A stretch of DNA of 63,523 nucleotides, filler included, from Octopus bimaculoides (lineage: Eukaryota): assembly GCF_001194135.2 (NCBI RefSeq). It is 7 parts of 7 records of this genome, joined end to end, with 100 filler letters (N's around TTAATTAATTAA, not from the genome) between each part and the next. Parts side by side here need not be neighbours in the genome. Positions count along the whole stretch, not along the records: positions 2,740 to 30,005 come from NC_069005.1; 6 more parts are not named here. One strand, given 5' to 3'. Below, piece by piece: positions 11,440-22,604 of the stretch (position 1 is the first letter of the stretch; every line of letters starts with the position of its first letter). The position numbers and the translations under genes are program-made. The notes under the pieces were generated by a model. That model worked only from the letters and a program-made list of their open reading frames with translations, had not been told where the DNA came from and ran no database searches.

Positions 11440-13158
11440 ATCCCCAAGTATAACAATATTTGTTTCAACACAATCTCACAACAAGAATCTTGCAGGAACC
11501 ACTTGGTGAGAGCCTCAGAACAAATTTGTGGCTGGTGCGAAGTCCCAGCCAGGCCTAGGATGACATGGTGTTGGAAAAGGGTGGTTGACAAGGCCATTAG
11601 AGCCAAAAAACAGGCTTGGAAGGACTAGAAGGGTAATGGCAGCAAGGAGTTATAGAAGGATATCAGACAGCTAGAAGAGAAGCTAGGAAGCAGATATACT
11701 TAGCAGAAAGGAAGAAGTTTGCCAGTGTCTTACAGCATCAGGACCAGATGCTTGAAGTGTTTCAGCTTGCAAGATAGTGTGCCAGGAAAAATTGTGATGT
11801 TGTGGGAGAGAAGTGTGTTCACATGGATGGTTGTTCACTTGCAGTTAGTGACTCTGCAAAGAAAGAGGCTTGGAAGTGCCACTATGAAAGGCTACTAAAT
11901 GTAGAGAACGCATGGGAGAAGGAGAGTTTGCCTAAACTGGATCCGACAGAGGGACCAGCAATCCAAATAGACAATAGCATGGTAGATAAAGCCATGAAGG
12001 TTAAGAAGATCAGGAAGGCCCCTGGCATATCCATCAGGAATCACTGCTGAGATGCTTAAAAAATCTGGTGGTGTGAGGTATGGTCTAGTTACCCATATAG
12101 TAAATCAGGTTATACATGAGGGGGTCATACCCAATGACTGGTGTAGAAACATCATAGTCAACTGCTACAGAGGTAAAGGTGATGCCTTAGACAGAAATAA
12201 TTATAGAGGTATCAAACTGGTAAATCAGGCAATGAAAGTTACAGAGAGAGTCATAACCCAACTAATTAGGAAGAGAGTTAGTCTAAATGCGATGCAGTTT
12301 GGTTGTGTGTCAGGGAGAAGCACCACTGATACTATATTTATGGTAATATAGCTGCAAGAGAAGTACCTAACCAAAGATAAACCTCTATACCTGGCTTTTG
12401 TTGACATGAAGAAAGCCTTTGACAGGGTCACCCAATCACTTATTTGGTCAATGTGGAAACTAGGGATAGATAGGGGGTTGGTGAGAGCTGTACAAGCCAT
12501 TTACAGGGATGCTATCAGTAAGGTATATTCAGTTGGCAATGAATATAGCAATGAGTTTAGGGTATAGGTAGTGGTTCACCAAGGATCATCATCATCCTCC
12601 AGGCAATAACAGAAATTTCAGATAAGCTGCCTCTGGGAGCTCTTCTATGCTGATGACCTTGTTCTCATAGCTGAATCACTTTCAGATCTAGAGAAGAAAT
12701 TTCAAGCGCAGAAGCAAGGTCTAGAATCAAAGAGCCTTAGAGTTAATCTAGCAAAAAGCAAAGTCTTAGTAAATAGGAAAGCAGACAAATCACAAATCCC
12801 CTCAAGTAGATGGCCCTGCTCAATCTGTAGAAAAGGTGTAGTTAGAAACTCCATAAGATGTATCCAGTATAAACTATGGACACATAAGAAGTGCAGCAAT
12901 AGAAGAGGAAGGTTAACAGGGAAAATAGTTTTTGTGTGTGGAAGGTGCAGAGGTATGATAAACACTAGACATGTACAGAAAATAGACTCCATCAAATGTG
13001 AGTGGGGTAAGCTAGAGGTAGTTCACAGCTTCTGTTATCTAGGTGACCAAGTCAGTAGTGGAAGTGGATGCTCTGAGAGTATAGCTGCTAGAATAAGAAT
13101 AGGCTGGGCAAAGTTCAGAGAGCTCCTACTTCTGTTGACAACAAAGGGCCTCTCCCTT
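11440..13158 (+). mobile_element. RTE-clade LINE, truncated at both ends, inactive RT
   Basis: NNYRGIKL, MQFGCVSGRSTTDTIF, LYLAFVD..KAFDRV, VHQGS, LYADDLVL and FCYLGD motifs are spread over frameshifted frames. Confidence 0.9.
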
Positions 13159-13345
13159 ACACCTTATAGTAGCGGTTTCTTCAGACATTGATAAAATTCA
13201 GTTGATGTCATTACTGTGGCTTTAGATGCATCTATGTAACTCTATGCTTATATTTGTTTAGAAAGAAGATGTTTATAATGGAGAAGTTTCTTGTTTAAAC
13301 TAATTTCAGCAATATTTAAAAAAATCATTTTTATTTACCTTGTAG

Positions 13346-13425
13346 TGACTGTTCCCTATGGGCCAGACACCATTCTCTATACCACTTCTAGTATTGAAAT
13401 CTCCAAGCAAGCGGAGGATTTCTGA
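13346..13425 (+). CDS. Candidate alternative terminal exon of the acidic protein gene: (V)TVPYGPDTILYTTSSIEISKQAEDF*
   Basis: tttttatttaccttgtag acceptor; open in the phase-1 frame required after exon 10881-10908; lies in non-TE sequence. No clear polyA signal seen. Confidence 0.35.
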
Positions 13426-13989
13426 CGGCAGTTGCCATCTAGTTTATCAATCATTCTATAAAACGGTTTTGTTTTTGGCTCTTAATGTTCCAAGTTGAAA
13501 TCCCTCCAGCATCAACTTTACTTCTTATCCCAAAAGAGGCAATACAATGAAGGACCAGTCTAGTACTGGGGTTCATGGCATTGACTAACACTGTCTCAAA
13601 ATTACTGGCCTTGTACCCAAATTAGAAACAATATTTAATGTATTTTACTGTTTTAATGCTAAGAAGGGTGTCTAGAAGTACTGTTGTCTCAGTTAAAGTA
13701 ATCTATGGAGCCTTCTAAGCACTGAAAAGAATTTATTTTACTTGTATTCTGACTACTACTAGTCCAGTACATCTACCACAAAGAGTCTTTGTTCACTGTC
13801 AACCTCTCTTAGTTTCCAGTACTCCCTTTGTGTACCCATAGTTTCCATTGAGTACACTATATGGAGTTCCTGTCTATTTCTTTTCTGTATATCAAGCATG
13901 GCCATTTCCCAAATGGCACCAGGGTCCTGTCGTTTTCTACTTTTTAAAGATCTTTGGATGTTGAGTTTCATGGATACAACAAGTGACTG

Positions 13990-14292
13990 AGACTGTTGGT
14001 GATTTACAGTGCTTGAGACATGTCAAGCTTAGTGAAATTGTAGTCGTGCCCAGTGCTGGTGACACGTAAAAGGCACCTGTGCTAGTGACACGTAAAAGGC
14101 ACCCATGCCAGTGACACATAAAAGGCACCTGTGCCGGTGACACATTAAAGGCACCCATGCCAGTGACACATAAGAAATACTTGGTACACTCTGTGGTGTG
14201 GTTGGTGTTAGGAAGGGCATCCAGCTGTAAAAACCAAGCCAAGACAGACTGGAGCCAGCATGGAAAATAGATGTTAAATGATGATGATGATA
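13990..14292 (+). mobile_element. RTE 3'-end fragment with a 26-bp tandem array
   Basis: Five units of about NRTGCYRGTGACACRTAAAAGGCACC at 14052-14180, then AGGAAGGGCATCCAGC...CCAGCATGG and an (ATG)n tail. Confidence 0.75.
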
Positions 14293-14407
14293 ATGATTTA
14301 CACATTTACTTTGGGGCCTCTCAATTTTGGGTTTTGTTTCTACATCTGGAATTTCTTCTTGAAGCTTTCCAGGACTAAGTCATTGGTATTCCCACAGGCA
14401 GCAGACC

Positions 14408-14632
14408 TTAACCCTTTAACATTCAGTTTAATCTGTCAAATGTAATGTGTATTTATTCACATTGTCTTGAAATAATCTTGCATTATGTTGTAGCTTTGAG
14501 ATTTTAATGATATAGTTGTTTATTTTTAGAATGACATTGAAGGGTAGGTGTGAGAAACCAGATCTGGCTGGTTTGAACATTAAACAGAATATTTGAGTTG
14601 GATATTGCTTGTTTAAATACTTAGGAGTTTAA
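14408..14632. mobile_element. Dispersed non-autonomous element starting TTAACCCTTTA
   Basis: Homologous segments (TTTTTAGAATGACATTG..GGGTAGG..CTGG.TGGTTTGA) at about 3550-3660 and 54120-54370. Confidence 0.55.
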
Positions 14633-15129
14633 ACTTCTTTGTAAAGAGCTAGGGAAACTATAAGGGATAGGGCAAGGCTGAAAACCGAGCCTTGATAGAC
14701 ATCTAGCTTCACACTAAACTCCTAGCTGAACTTATTGGCAACTCTCACTTTGCTGACTGTATCTCTGTACATGGCTTGCATTGTTCTCAGAATTCAATTG
14801 TCTACACCTAGTTTTCCAAACTACTGATCAAGGTACTCCATTAAAAGCCACTGTTTCAAGATAGGTTGTGTTTCTATTTCTAGAATTTCTTCTTCTAGTC
14901 TTCTACGAACTCTGCCATAATAACTAGGTTATCAGCTTATTAGGAGTTCCCATGAACAGTATCAAACATAAAACAATGATGCAAGCTACCTTATCATTGT
15001 GTGATATCTGATCTTTAATAGAACCATATGAATTATCTAATCATTTTGATATCCAATTATATTGAATAATATTGTTTGCAGACACTATAGCTGATATTTT
15101 CTGTTGTTATCTCCTCATTTAATCCACAG

Positions 15130-15693
15130 ATAGTTTTGTAGTCAGTGATGGAGAAGCAAGAGACACTGAAGAAGATGACAATGAAAGGCAGGATGCTCTT
15201 GAAGATAAACCAGAAGGTGATGAACTTTCTGTTAGTGACAACATTAATGGTGAGGATGATGATATAACTAAATCTGCAGAACAAAATGAGGTTGACAGTG
15301 TTACTAGAGATGTTGATAATGTGGATAGTGCAGACAATGTTAGTGCTGTAGATGACACTGCAGCTGGAGATGATATTCCTGCTGATGGTGATAATGCTGC
15401 TGTCACAGATGAAGTTAATGCTGAAGATGATTTAGATGATGAAGAAGTGGAAGAAGACGATGAATCCAAAGTTAAAAAGTCTTCCTTTGAATATTCATCA
15501 GAATTTACCTCAACTGGTGCTGAATATAGTTTTGCTACCACAAAGACGGAGGATGAAAATTACCAACTTGTCAGCTGGCTGAAAAAGGTATTCAGTGAGA
15601 TTGATGACATCACCAAATCCCAAGAAAATTTTTGGCAGGAGAAGATGGCAGCTTCATTAGACAAGTTTTCAGAATCTAAAGAATCATCAGAGA
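15130..15693 (+). CDS. 564-nt exon encoding an Asp/Glu-rich region of an uncharacterised protein
   Basis: ctcctcatttaatccacag|AT...GAGA|gtaagt, phase 1 to 1, fully open (DSFVVSDGEARDTEEDD...LVSWLKKVFSEIDDITKSQENFWQEKMAASLDKFSESKESSE). 47 of the first 113 residues are D/E by hand count. Confidence 0.85.
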
Positions 15694-15855
15694 GTAAGTA
15701 GGACATTTTTGTTTTGTTTCTTAATTTAAAAAAATTTTTTTTTAATTTTATCCAATCCAGTCAAGAAAAAAAATCCAAAGCAGTGAAAAAGAATAGTCAG
15801 AAATAGTGATCTGCTTCTATAATTGATGTGTTATATTAACCAGAAGTTGTGTATA

Positions 15856-16076
15856 TATTTGGGGGTGCTGAAAAGTTCCTAGCTTTAAGAGTATTGCAAA
15901 AGGTGTGGTTGGAGGTTCAAACTTCTGAGTTCTTTTACAGGGCTTAGAAGTACTGAAGAACAACTGCAATAAATGTGTGAATCTGAGGGGGAAACATGTT
16001 GAATAAAATTATAATTAACTGATCCTCCTGTATTTTCTTTTACCCAAAGCCAGGAACTTTTCAGCACCCGCTCATA
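15856..16076. mobile_element. Mariner-type MITE
   Basis: TIRs GGGTGCTGAAAAGTTCCT(A/G)GCTTT / AAAGCCAGGAACTTTTCAGCACCC, bounded by TA. Confidence 0.75.
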
Positions 16077-16118
16077 GGTGTCTGTGTATATGTGCATGTT
16101 CATATATATATATATATA

Positions 16119-16160
<42 letters not shown>

Positions 16161-19100
16161 TTAACGTCCGTTTTCCATGCTGGCATGGGTTGGACGGTTT
16201 GACTGAGGTCTGGAGAGCCAGCGGCTGCGCCAGGCTCCAATCTGATCTGGCAATGTAGCCCTTCCTAATGCCAATCACTCTGAGAGTGTAGTGGGTGCTT
16301 TTTTACATGCCACCAGCACAAGAGCCAGTCAGGGGGTACTGGCATCGGCCACGATCAGTTGGTGCTTTTTACGTGCCACCAGCATGGGAGCCAGTCATGT
16401 GGGCCTGGCATCGACCACATTCAGATGGTGCTTTTTACGGCATGGGAGCCAGTCAGGGGTCACTGGCCACAGCTACGATATTGGTTTTAATTGACTCTAC
16501 AGGTCTTCTCAAGCATATCATATTGCCTGATGCATCAGGAGTATTCTTAACAGGTCTGGACATGTTGCGATCTCATTTTAGTTTCCAGGTCTTCTCAATC
16601 ACAGCGTATCTCCAAAGGTCCTGGGCTGCTGTCATTGCCTCTGTGAGGCCCAATCTTCGAAGGTCATGCTTCACCACCTCATCTCACGTCTTTCTGGGTC
16701 TACCTCTTCCACAGGTTCCTTCTACAGTTAGGGAGTGGCACTTCCTCACACAGTTGTCTTCATTCATATGTAACACATGACCATACCAGTGCAGACACCT
16801 CTCTTGCACACCACATTTGATGCTTCTTATGCCCAAATTTTCTCTTGGGGGACTTACACTATGTTGTGTAAGCATGCTGACATAACATATCCAGTAGATC
16901 ATATTAGCTTCATTTCTTTCAAGCCTATGCATGTCCTTAGCATTCCTGGCCCATGTTTCACTGCCATGTAGCATGGCAGTTCACACTACCTTTCACCCTG
17001 AGCGAGAGGCCCTTAGTTGCTAGCAGAGGTAGGAGCTCCCTGAACTTTGCCCCGACTATTCTTACTATAGTCGCTACACTGTCAGAGCAGCTACCCCCAC
17101 TACAGACTTGGTTGCCTAGGTAGCGGAAACTATTACTTACTTCTAGCTTCTCCCCCTGGCATGTGATGGAATCTGTTGTCTGTACATCTTCAGTGTTTAT
17201 TGCCCCTGTGCATCTGCCACACACAAAAACTATTTTCCCGGTTAACCTTCCTTTGATATTGCTGCACCTTTTATGTGTCCATAGCTTACACTAGGTACAT
17301 CGTACGGAATTTCTACCCACGCCTTTTCTACAGGGCCATCTACCTGAAAGGGGTTGTGATTTGTTTGCCTTCCTACTTACTAAGACTTTGGTTTTTGCTA
17401 GGTTAACCCTAAGGCCCTTCGATTCTAGATGTTGCTTCCACACCCTAAACTTCATCTCCAGTTCTGGCAGTGACTCAGCTATTAGAGCAAGGTCATCAGC
17501 ATATAGGAGCTCCCAGGGGCATCCTGTCTTGAATTCCTNNNNNNNNNNTCAGCATATAGGAGCTCCCAGGGGCATCCTGTCTTGAATTCCTGTTATTGCC
17601 TGGAGGACTATAATGAATAAGAAGGGGGCTGAGAACTGATCCTTGGTGAACCCCTACTTCTACTGGGAATTCTTCACTATACTCATTGCCAACCCTCACC
17701 TTACTGACAGCATCCTTGTACAGGGCTTGTACAGCTCTTACCAACCTCTCATCTATCCCCAGTTTCCACATTGACCACCAGATAAGGGATTGGGGGGACC
17801 CTATCAATGGCTTTTTCCAAATCAACAAAGGCCAAGTACAGAGGTTTATCTTTGGCAAGGTATTTCTCCTGCAGTTGCCTTACCAGAAATATAGCATCAG
17901 TGGTGCTTTTCCCTGGCACAAACCCAAACTGCATCTCATCTAGGCTAACTCTCTCCCTAATTAGTTGGGATATGACCCTTTCCGTGACTTTCATCACCTG
18001 ATCCAATAATTTGATACCCCTGTAGTTATTTCTATCTAAAGCATCATCTTTACCTTTACCAGTTGACTCCATCATGAACTACCTGATTTACAATGCGGGT
18101 GACAAGACCATAAACCCACACCGCCTGATATTTTAAGCATCTCAGTGGTGATTCCTGATGGTCCAAGTGCTTTCCCTGTCTTTGTATCATTAACTGCTTT
18201 ATCTTCCAGGGTACTGTCGATTTGGGTAGCTGGTCCCTCAATTGGGTCAACCTTTGGCTGACTTTCCACCTCCCATTCATTCTCTACATTCAGCAGTCTT
18301 TCATAATGGCTTCTCCAAGCCTCTTTTTTTGTAGAATCATTAAATGCAAGGGCATCAACATCAATGCAGATAATTTCTCTCCTATGATATCACGGTTTTC
18401 TCTCACACACTGTCTTGCAATTCGAAATACTTCAGTTCTTTGGTCCTTGTGTCACTGAACATTAGCAAACTTCTTTTCTATATACCTGTCCCTTAGTTTC
18501 CCGTTTGGCTATCTGATACATTCTCCTGCTACTACCACTCTTCCAGGCATTCCAAGCCTGTTTCTTTGCTCTAATGGCCCTGTCTACAGTAATGCTCCAC
18601 CACCATGTTACCCTGGGTCTGAAAGGGACTTTGCACCAGCCACAGATTTGGTCTGTGGCACTCAGCAAGCTGTTTCACAGGAATTCCCAGCTGCCTTCTA
18701 TGTCATCAAATTTCTTGTTAAGGATATCCCTAAACCTTTGACCATGTGAAAGGTTCTTAAGGTTCCAAGTCCTTCTTTTCCAGATTGGTCTGCTTTTTGG
18801 CATCCTCCTGGCCTCGAGTCCAAAGTCACTAATAACTAGTCTATGTTGAGGGGTGCATTCTTCACCAGGGAGGGTCTTTGTATTTAAGAGCAACCATGCA
18901 TCCCACTGTCTGGTGAGAATGAAATCAATCTGGATAGCAGAGTCACCTGATTGAAAGGTTATCAGGTGGCTAGCTGGCTTCCTGAAGTTGGTGATGCAGA
19001 TTGATAGGTTATTTGCACTGCAGAACTCCAGTAGTCTAGTTCCCTCTTCATTTCTGGTACCAACTCCATAGCCCCCATGTACACCATGGAAAATACCAGA

Positions 19101-19560
19101 TTGCTGTCCGACAAGTCCATTAAAATCTCCAGCCACAAAGATGAGATCATTGTCACTCGTCTTTGAGGTAGCCTGCAGAAGAATATCATAAACATGATCC
19201 TTCTGTTCATTTAGTAGGCCTGCTTGTGTGGCGTAGGCAGAGATAATTGTAGCTATACCATTCTGCAAGACTAGCCTGAGTTTAAGTACTCTATCACGCA
19301 CCCTCACTATCTCTATGACCTTATCCACCCATTTCTCTGCAAGAAATATGCCCACATCCCGTATTCCATCACTGTTACCTTCTCAGAAGAGTTTATACCT
19401 ACCTATGTGCTTTGCCTGTGAGGACTCTGGCTGAAGCTCCTCTCTATCTTGCCTCTTGTACGCAACATACATCAACATGTCTTCATTCAAGCCTCTGTAC
19501 AATCTCGCTAGCCCTACCTTTCAATGTGCCTACATTTAGAGTGCCAACTCTGAAAACTGG
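16119..19560 (-). mobile_element. Near full-length RTE-clade LINE (APE endonuclease plus RT), inactivated
   Basis: APE motifs RVGTLNVGTLKG, IISAYA.Q, GDFNGLVG and QIDFIL; RT motifs NNYRGIKL, FVDLEKAIDR, VHQGSVLSPLL and MLHGSETW. The 3' UTR has about 70-bp repeats, a CCATGC-TG-GCATGG hairpin and an (ATG)n tail. Many stops and frameshifts. Confidence 0.92.
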
Positions 19561-19869
19561 GAAAGAGATATGGGAGATAACACTGGAAGGAGAGATGTTA
19601 TTCAGTACCTGAATAGAACGTTCTCATGAATGTTTGGTAACAGGCGTCATAATAGTTGTTCTTGCTTTTAACCTTCTGTCATTCAAACATGTTAGAATTG
19701 TTAAGGTTGTTAACTCTACTGGGGAGGAAGCATTGCATATGAAAGTGTTTGGGAAACATTACTGATGCTGCAGATATAGATGTGTAAATAAATAAACAGT
19801 AAGTGAGCTACTATGTGGTTTAGTTAGTCTAGAGATGGTGGGGTGGAGAGAAAGGAGAGAGAAGGGCAC

Positions 19870-20026
19870 AGGTGTTGCTGTGTGGTACGAATCTTCCTTT
19901 CCAATTATAAGGTTCTGGGTACAGTCCCACTGCATGGCACCCTGGGCAAATAACTTTTACTGTAGCCTCTAGCCAACCAAAGACTTGTGAGTGGATTTAG
20001 TAGATGGAAACTGAAAGAAGCCCATC

Positions 20027-20076
<50 letters not shown>

Positions 20077-20800
20077 NNNNNNNNNNNNNNNNNNNNNNNN
20101 NNNNNNNNNNNNNNNNNNNNNNNNNNNNNNNNNNNNNNNNNNNNNNNNNNNNNNNNNNNNNNNNNNNNNNNNNNNNNNNNNNNNNNNNNNNNNNNNNNNN
20201 NNNNNNNNNNNNNNNNNNNNNNNNNNNNNNNNNNNNNNNNNNNNNNNNNNNNNNNNNNNNNNNNNNNNNNNNNNNNNNNNNNNNNNNNNNNNNNNNNNNN
20301 NNNNNNNNNNNNNNNNNNNNNNNNNNNNNNNNNNNNNNNNNNNNNNNNNNNNNNNNNNNNNNNNNNNNNNNNNNNNNNNNNNNNNNNNNNNNNNNNNNNN
20401 NNNNNNNNNNNNNNNNNNNNNNNNNNNNNNNNNNNNNNNNNNNNNNNNNNNNNNNNNNNNNNNNNNNNNNNNNNNNNNNNNNNNNNNNNNNNNNNNNNNN
20501 NNNNNNNNNNNNNNNNNNNNNNNNNNNNNNNNNNNNNNNNNNNNNNNNNNNNNNNNNNNNNNNNNNNNNNNNNNNNNNNNNNNNNNNNNNNNNNNNNNNN
20601 NNNACAAACACACACACACATATATATATATATATACATACATATATACGACGGGCTTCTTTCAGTTTCCGTCTACCAAATCCACTCACAAAGCTTTGGT
20701 CGGCCTGAGGCTATAGTAGAAGACACTTGCCCAAGGTGCCACACAGTGGGACTGAACCCGGAACCATGTGGCTGGTAAGCAAGCTACTTACCACACAGCC
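19870..20800. mobile_element. Inverted pair of tRNA-type SINE heads around a (TA)n tract and N gap
   Basis: Plus copy 19870-20030 and minus copy 20605-20800 of the family at 1317. Confidence 0.75.
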
Positions 20801-22246
20801 AGAATGCACTCTAAAAAATTTTTGTAATGGCATTCCCTTGAGGCAATCTTTTGCTTTGATTCTCAGAACTGTCATCCAGATCAGATGGTTTTGTTTGTTA
20901 ATTTCCGTAAAAATTTTTTTATTTATTTACTTTTGTTTTAAATGAAAGAGAGGAGAATGTGAAAGATGTATGAGCGTGTATATGAAATGGACGTGTGTGT
21001 GAGAAAGAGAGAGAGTGCAACTTACACATACATGAGAACACACACATTCACTCACTCACTCTCTCTCTCTCTCTCTCTCACACACACATGCATACATATA
21101 TACAAAAAAGATGTATGCATATGTATTGATGTATGTGCATTATACATGACAACACACCCTTCACTCACGCTCTCTCTTTCTCTTTATCTCTCTCTCTTCC
21201 TCTCTCTTTCTTTCTCTCTCTCTTCCTCTCTCTTTCTTCCCCTCTCTCTTTTTCTCTCTCTCTTCTTCTCTCTCTCTCTCTCTCTTTCACACACACACAC
21301 ATCCATACATCTTTCACTTTCTCCTCTCTTTCACTTTAAAACAAAAGCAAATAAATAAAAAAGAATTACGGAAATTAATGGTTTGAAAATAATTTTAAAA
21401 AATATTAAAATAGTTTGTTTAAAGAAAGCTAAAGTATAAATACTTATTGTACAAACAACTTACATTTTTTAAATCACATTCAGTTAAAAATATTTCTAAA
21501 TGATTAAGATATAGTGTACGTCAAAAAGTCGATGTNNNNNNNNNNNNNNNNNNNNNNNNNNNNNNNNNNNNNNNNNNNNNNNNNNNNNNNNNNNNNNNNN
21601 NNNNNNNNNNNNNNNNNNNNNNNNNNNNNNNNNNNNNNNNNNNNNNNNNNNNNNNNNNNNNNNNNNNNNNNNNNNNNNNNNNNNNNNNNNNNNNNNNNNN
21701 NNNNNNNNNNNNNNNNNNNNNNNNNNNNNNNNNNNNNNNNNNNNNNNNNNNNNNNNNNNNNNNNNNNNNNNNNNNNNNNNNNNNNNNNNNNNNNNNNNNN
21801 NNNNNNNNNNNNNNNNNNNNNNNNNNNNNNNNNNNNNNNNNNNNNNNNNNNNNNNNNNNNNNNNNNNNNNNNNNNNNNNNNNNNNNNNNNNNNNNNNNNN
21901 NNNNNNNNNNNNNNNNNNNNNNNNNNNNNNNNNNNNNNNNNNNNNNNNNNNNNNNNNNNNNNNNNNNNNNNNNNNNNNNNNNNNNNNNNNNNNNNNNNNN
22001 NNNNNNNNNNNNNNNNNNNNNNNNNNNNNNNNNNNNNNNNNNNNNNNNNNNNNNNNNNNNNNNNNNNNNNNNNNNNNNNNNNNNNNNNNNNNNNNNNNNN
22101 NNNNNNNNNNNNNNNNNNNNNNNNNNNNNNNNNNNNNNNNNNNNNNNNNNNNNNNNNNNNNNNNNNNNNNNNNNNNNNNNNNNNNNNNNNNNNNNNNNNN
22201 NNNNNNNNNNNNNNNNNNNNNNNNNNNNNNNNNNNNNNNNNNNNNN

Positions 22247-22381
22247 TAGGTAGGTAGGTAGGTGGGTTGGTGGGTAGGTAGGTAGGTAGGTAGGTGGGTT
22301 GGTGGGTAGGTAGGTAGGTAGGTGGGTGGGTGGGTAGGTAGGTGGGTGGGGTTGGTGTGTAGGTAGGTAGGTAGGTAGGTA
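22247..22381. repeat. (TAGG)n/(TGGG)n tetranucleotide tract
   Basis: Direct reading; lies just upstream of the first R4/Dong element. Confidence 0.9.
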
Positions 22382-22604
22382 ATGGCACTGTCAATATCAG
22401 ATGTGCAGGTGTAGAGGACCGTTTAAAAAGTCTGTTTTGAATGCTTTCCTCTAGAAATATGTTGACTTCTCCAGCCTAAATCAGTAACTGGTTTATTTCT
22501 CCAACAATTAACAAGAGAAACATCTTTTACTCGCCATCGTAGTGCTATCCGGAACAGATTTTAAAATATACATCTACACCACATAGAATCTCACTTACAT
22601 AATT

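Noticed and set aside
14052-14180. Regular short repeats resembling a CRISPR array
   Set aside because: Head-to-tail units with no unique spacers, inside a eukaryotic LINE 3' UTR; no cas genes.
15119-15541. 140-aa Ser-rich minus-strand ORF
   Set aside because: Antisense shadow of the GAT/GAA-rich acidic exon.
17499-17588. About 40-bp direct duplication in the RTE RT
   Set aside because: The copies flank a 10-N gap, so this is most likely unmerged contig overlap.
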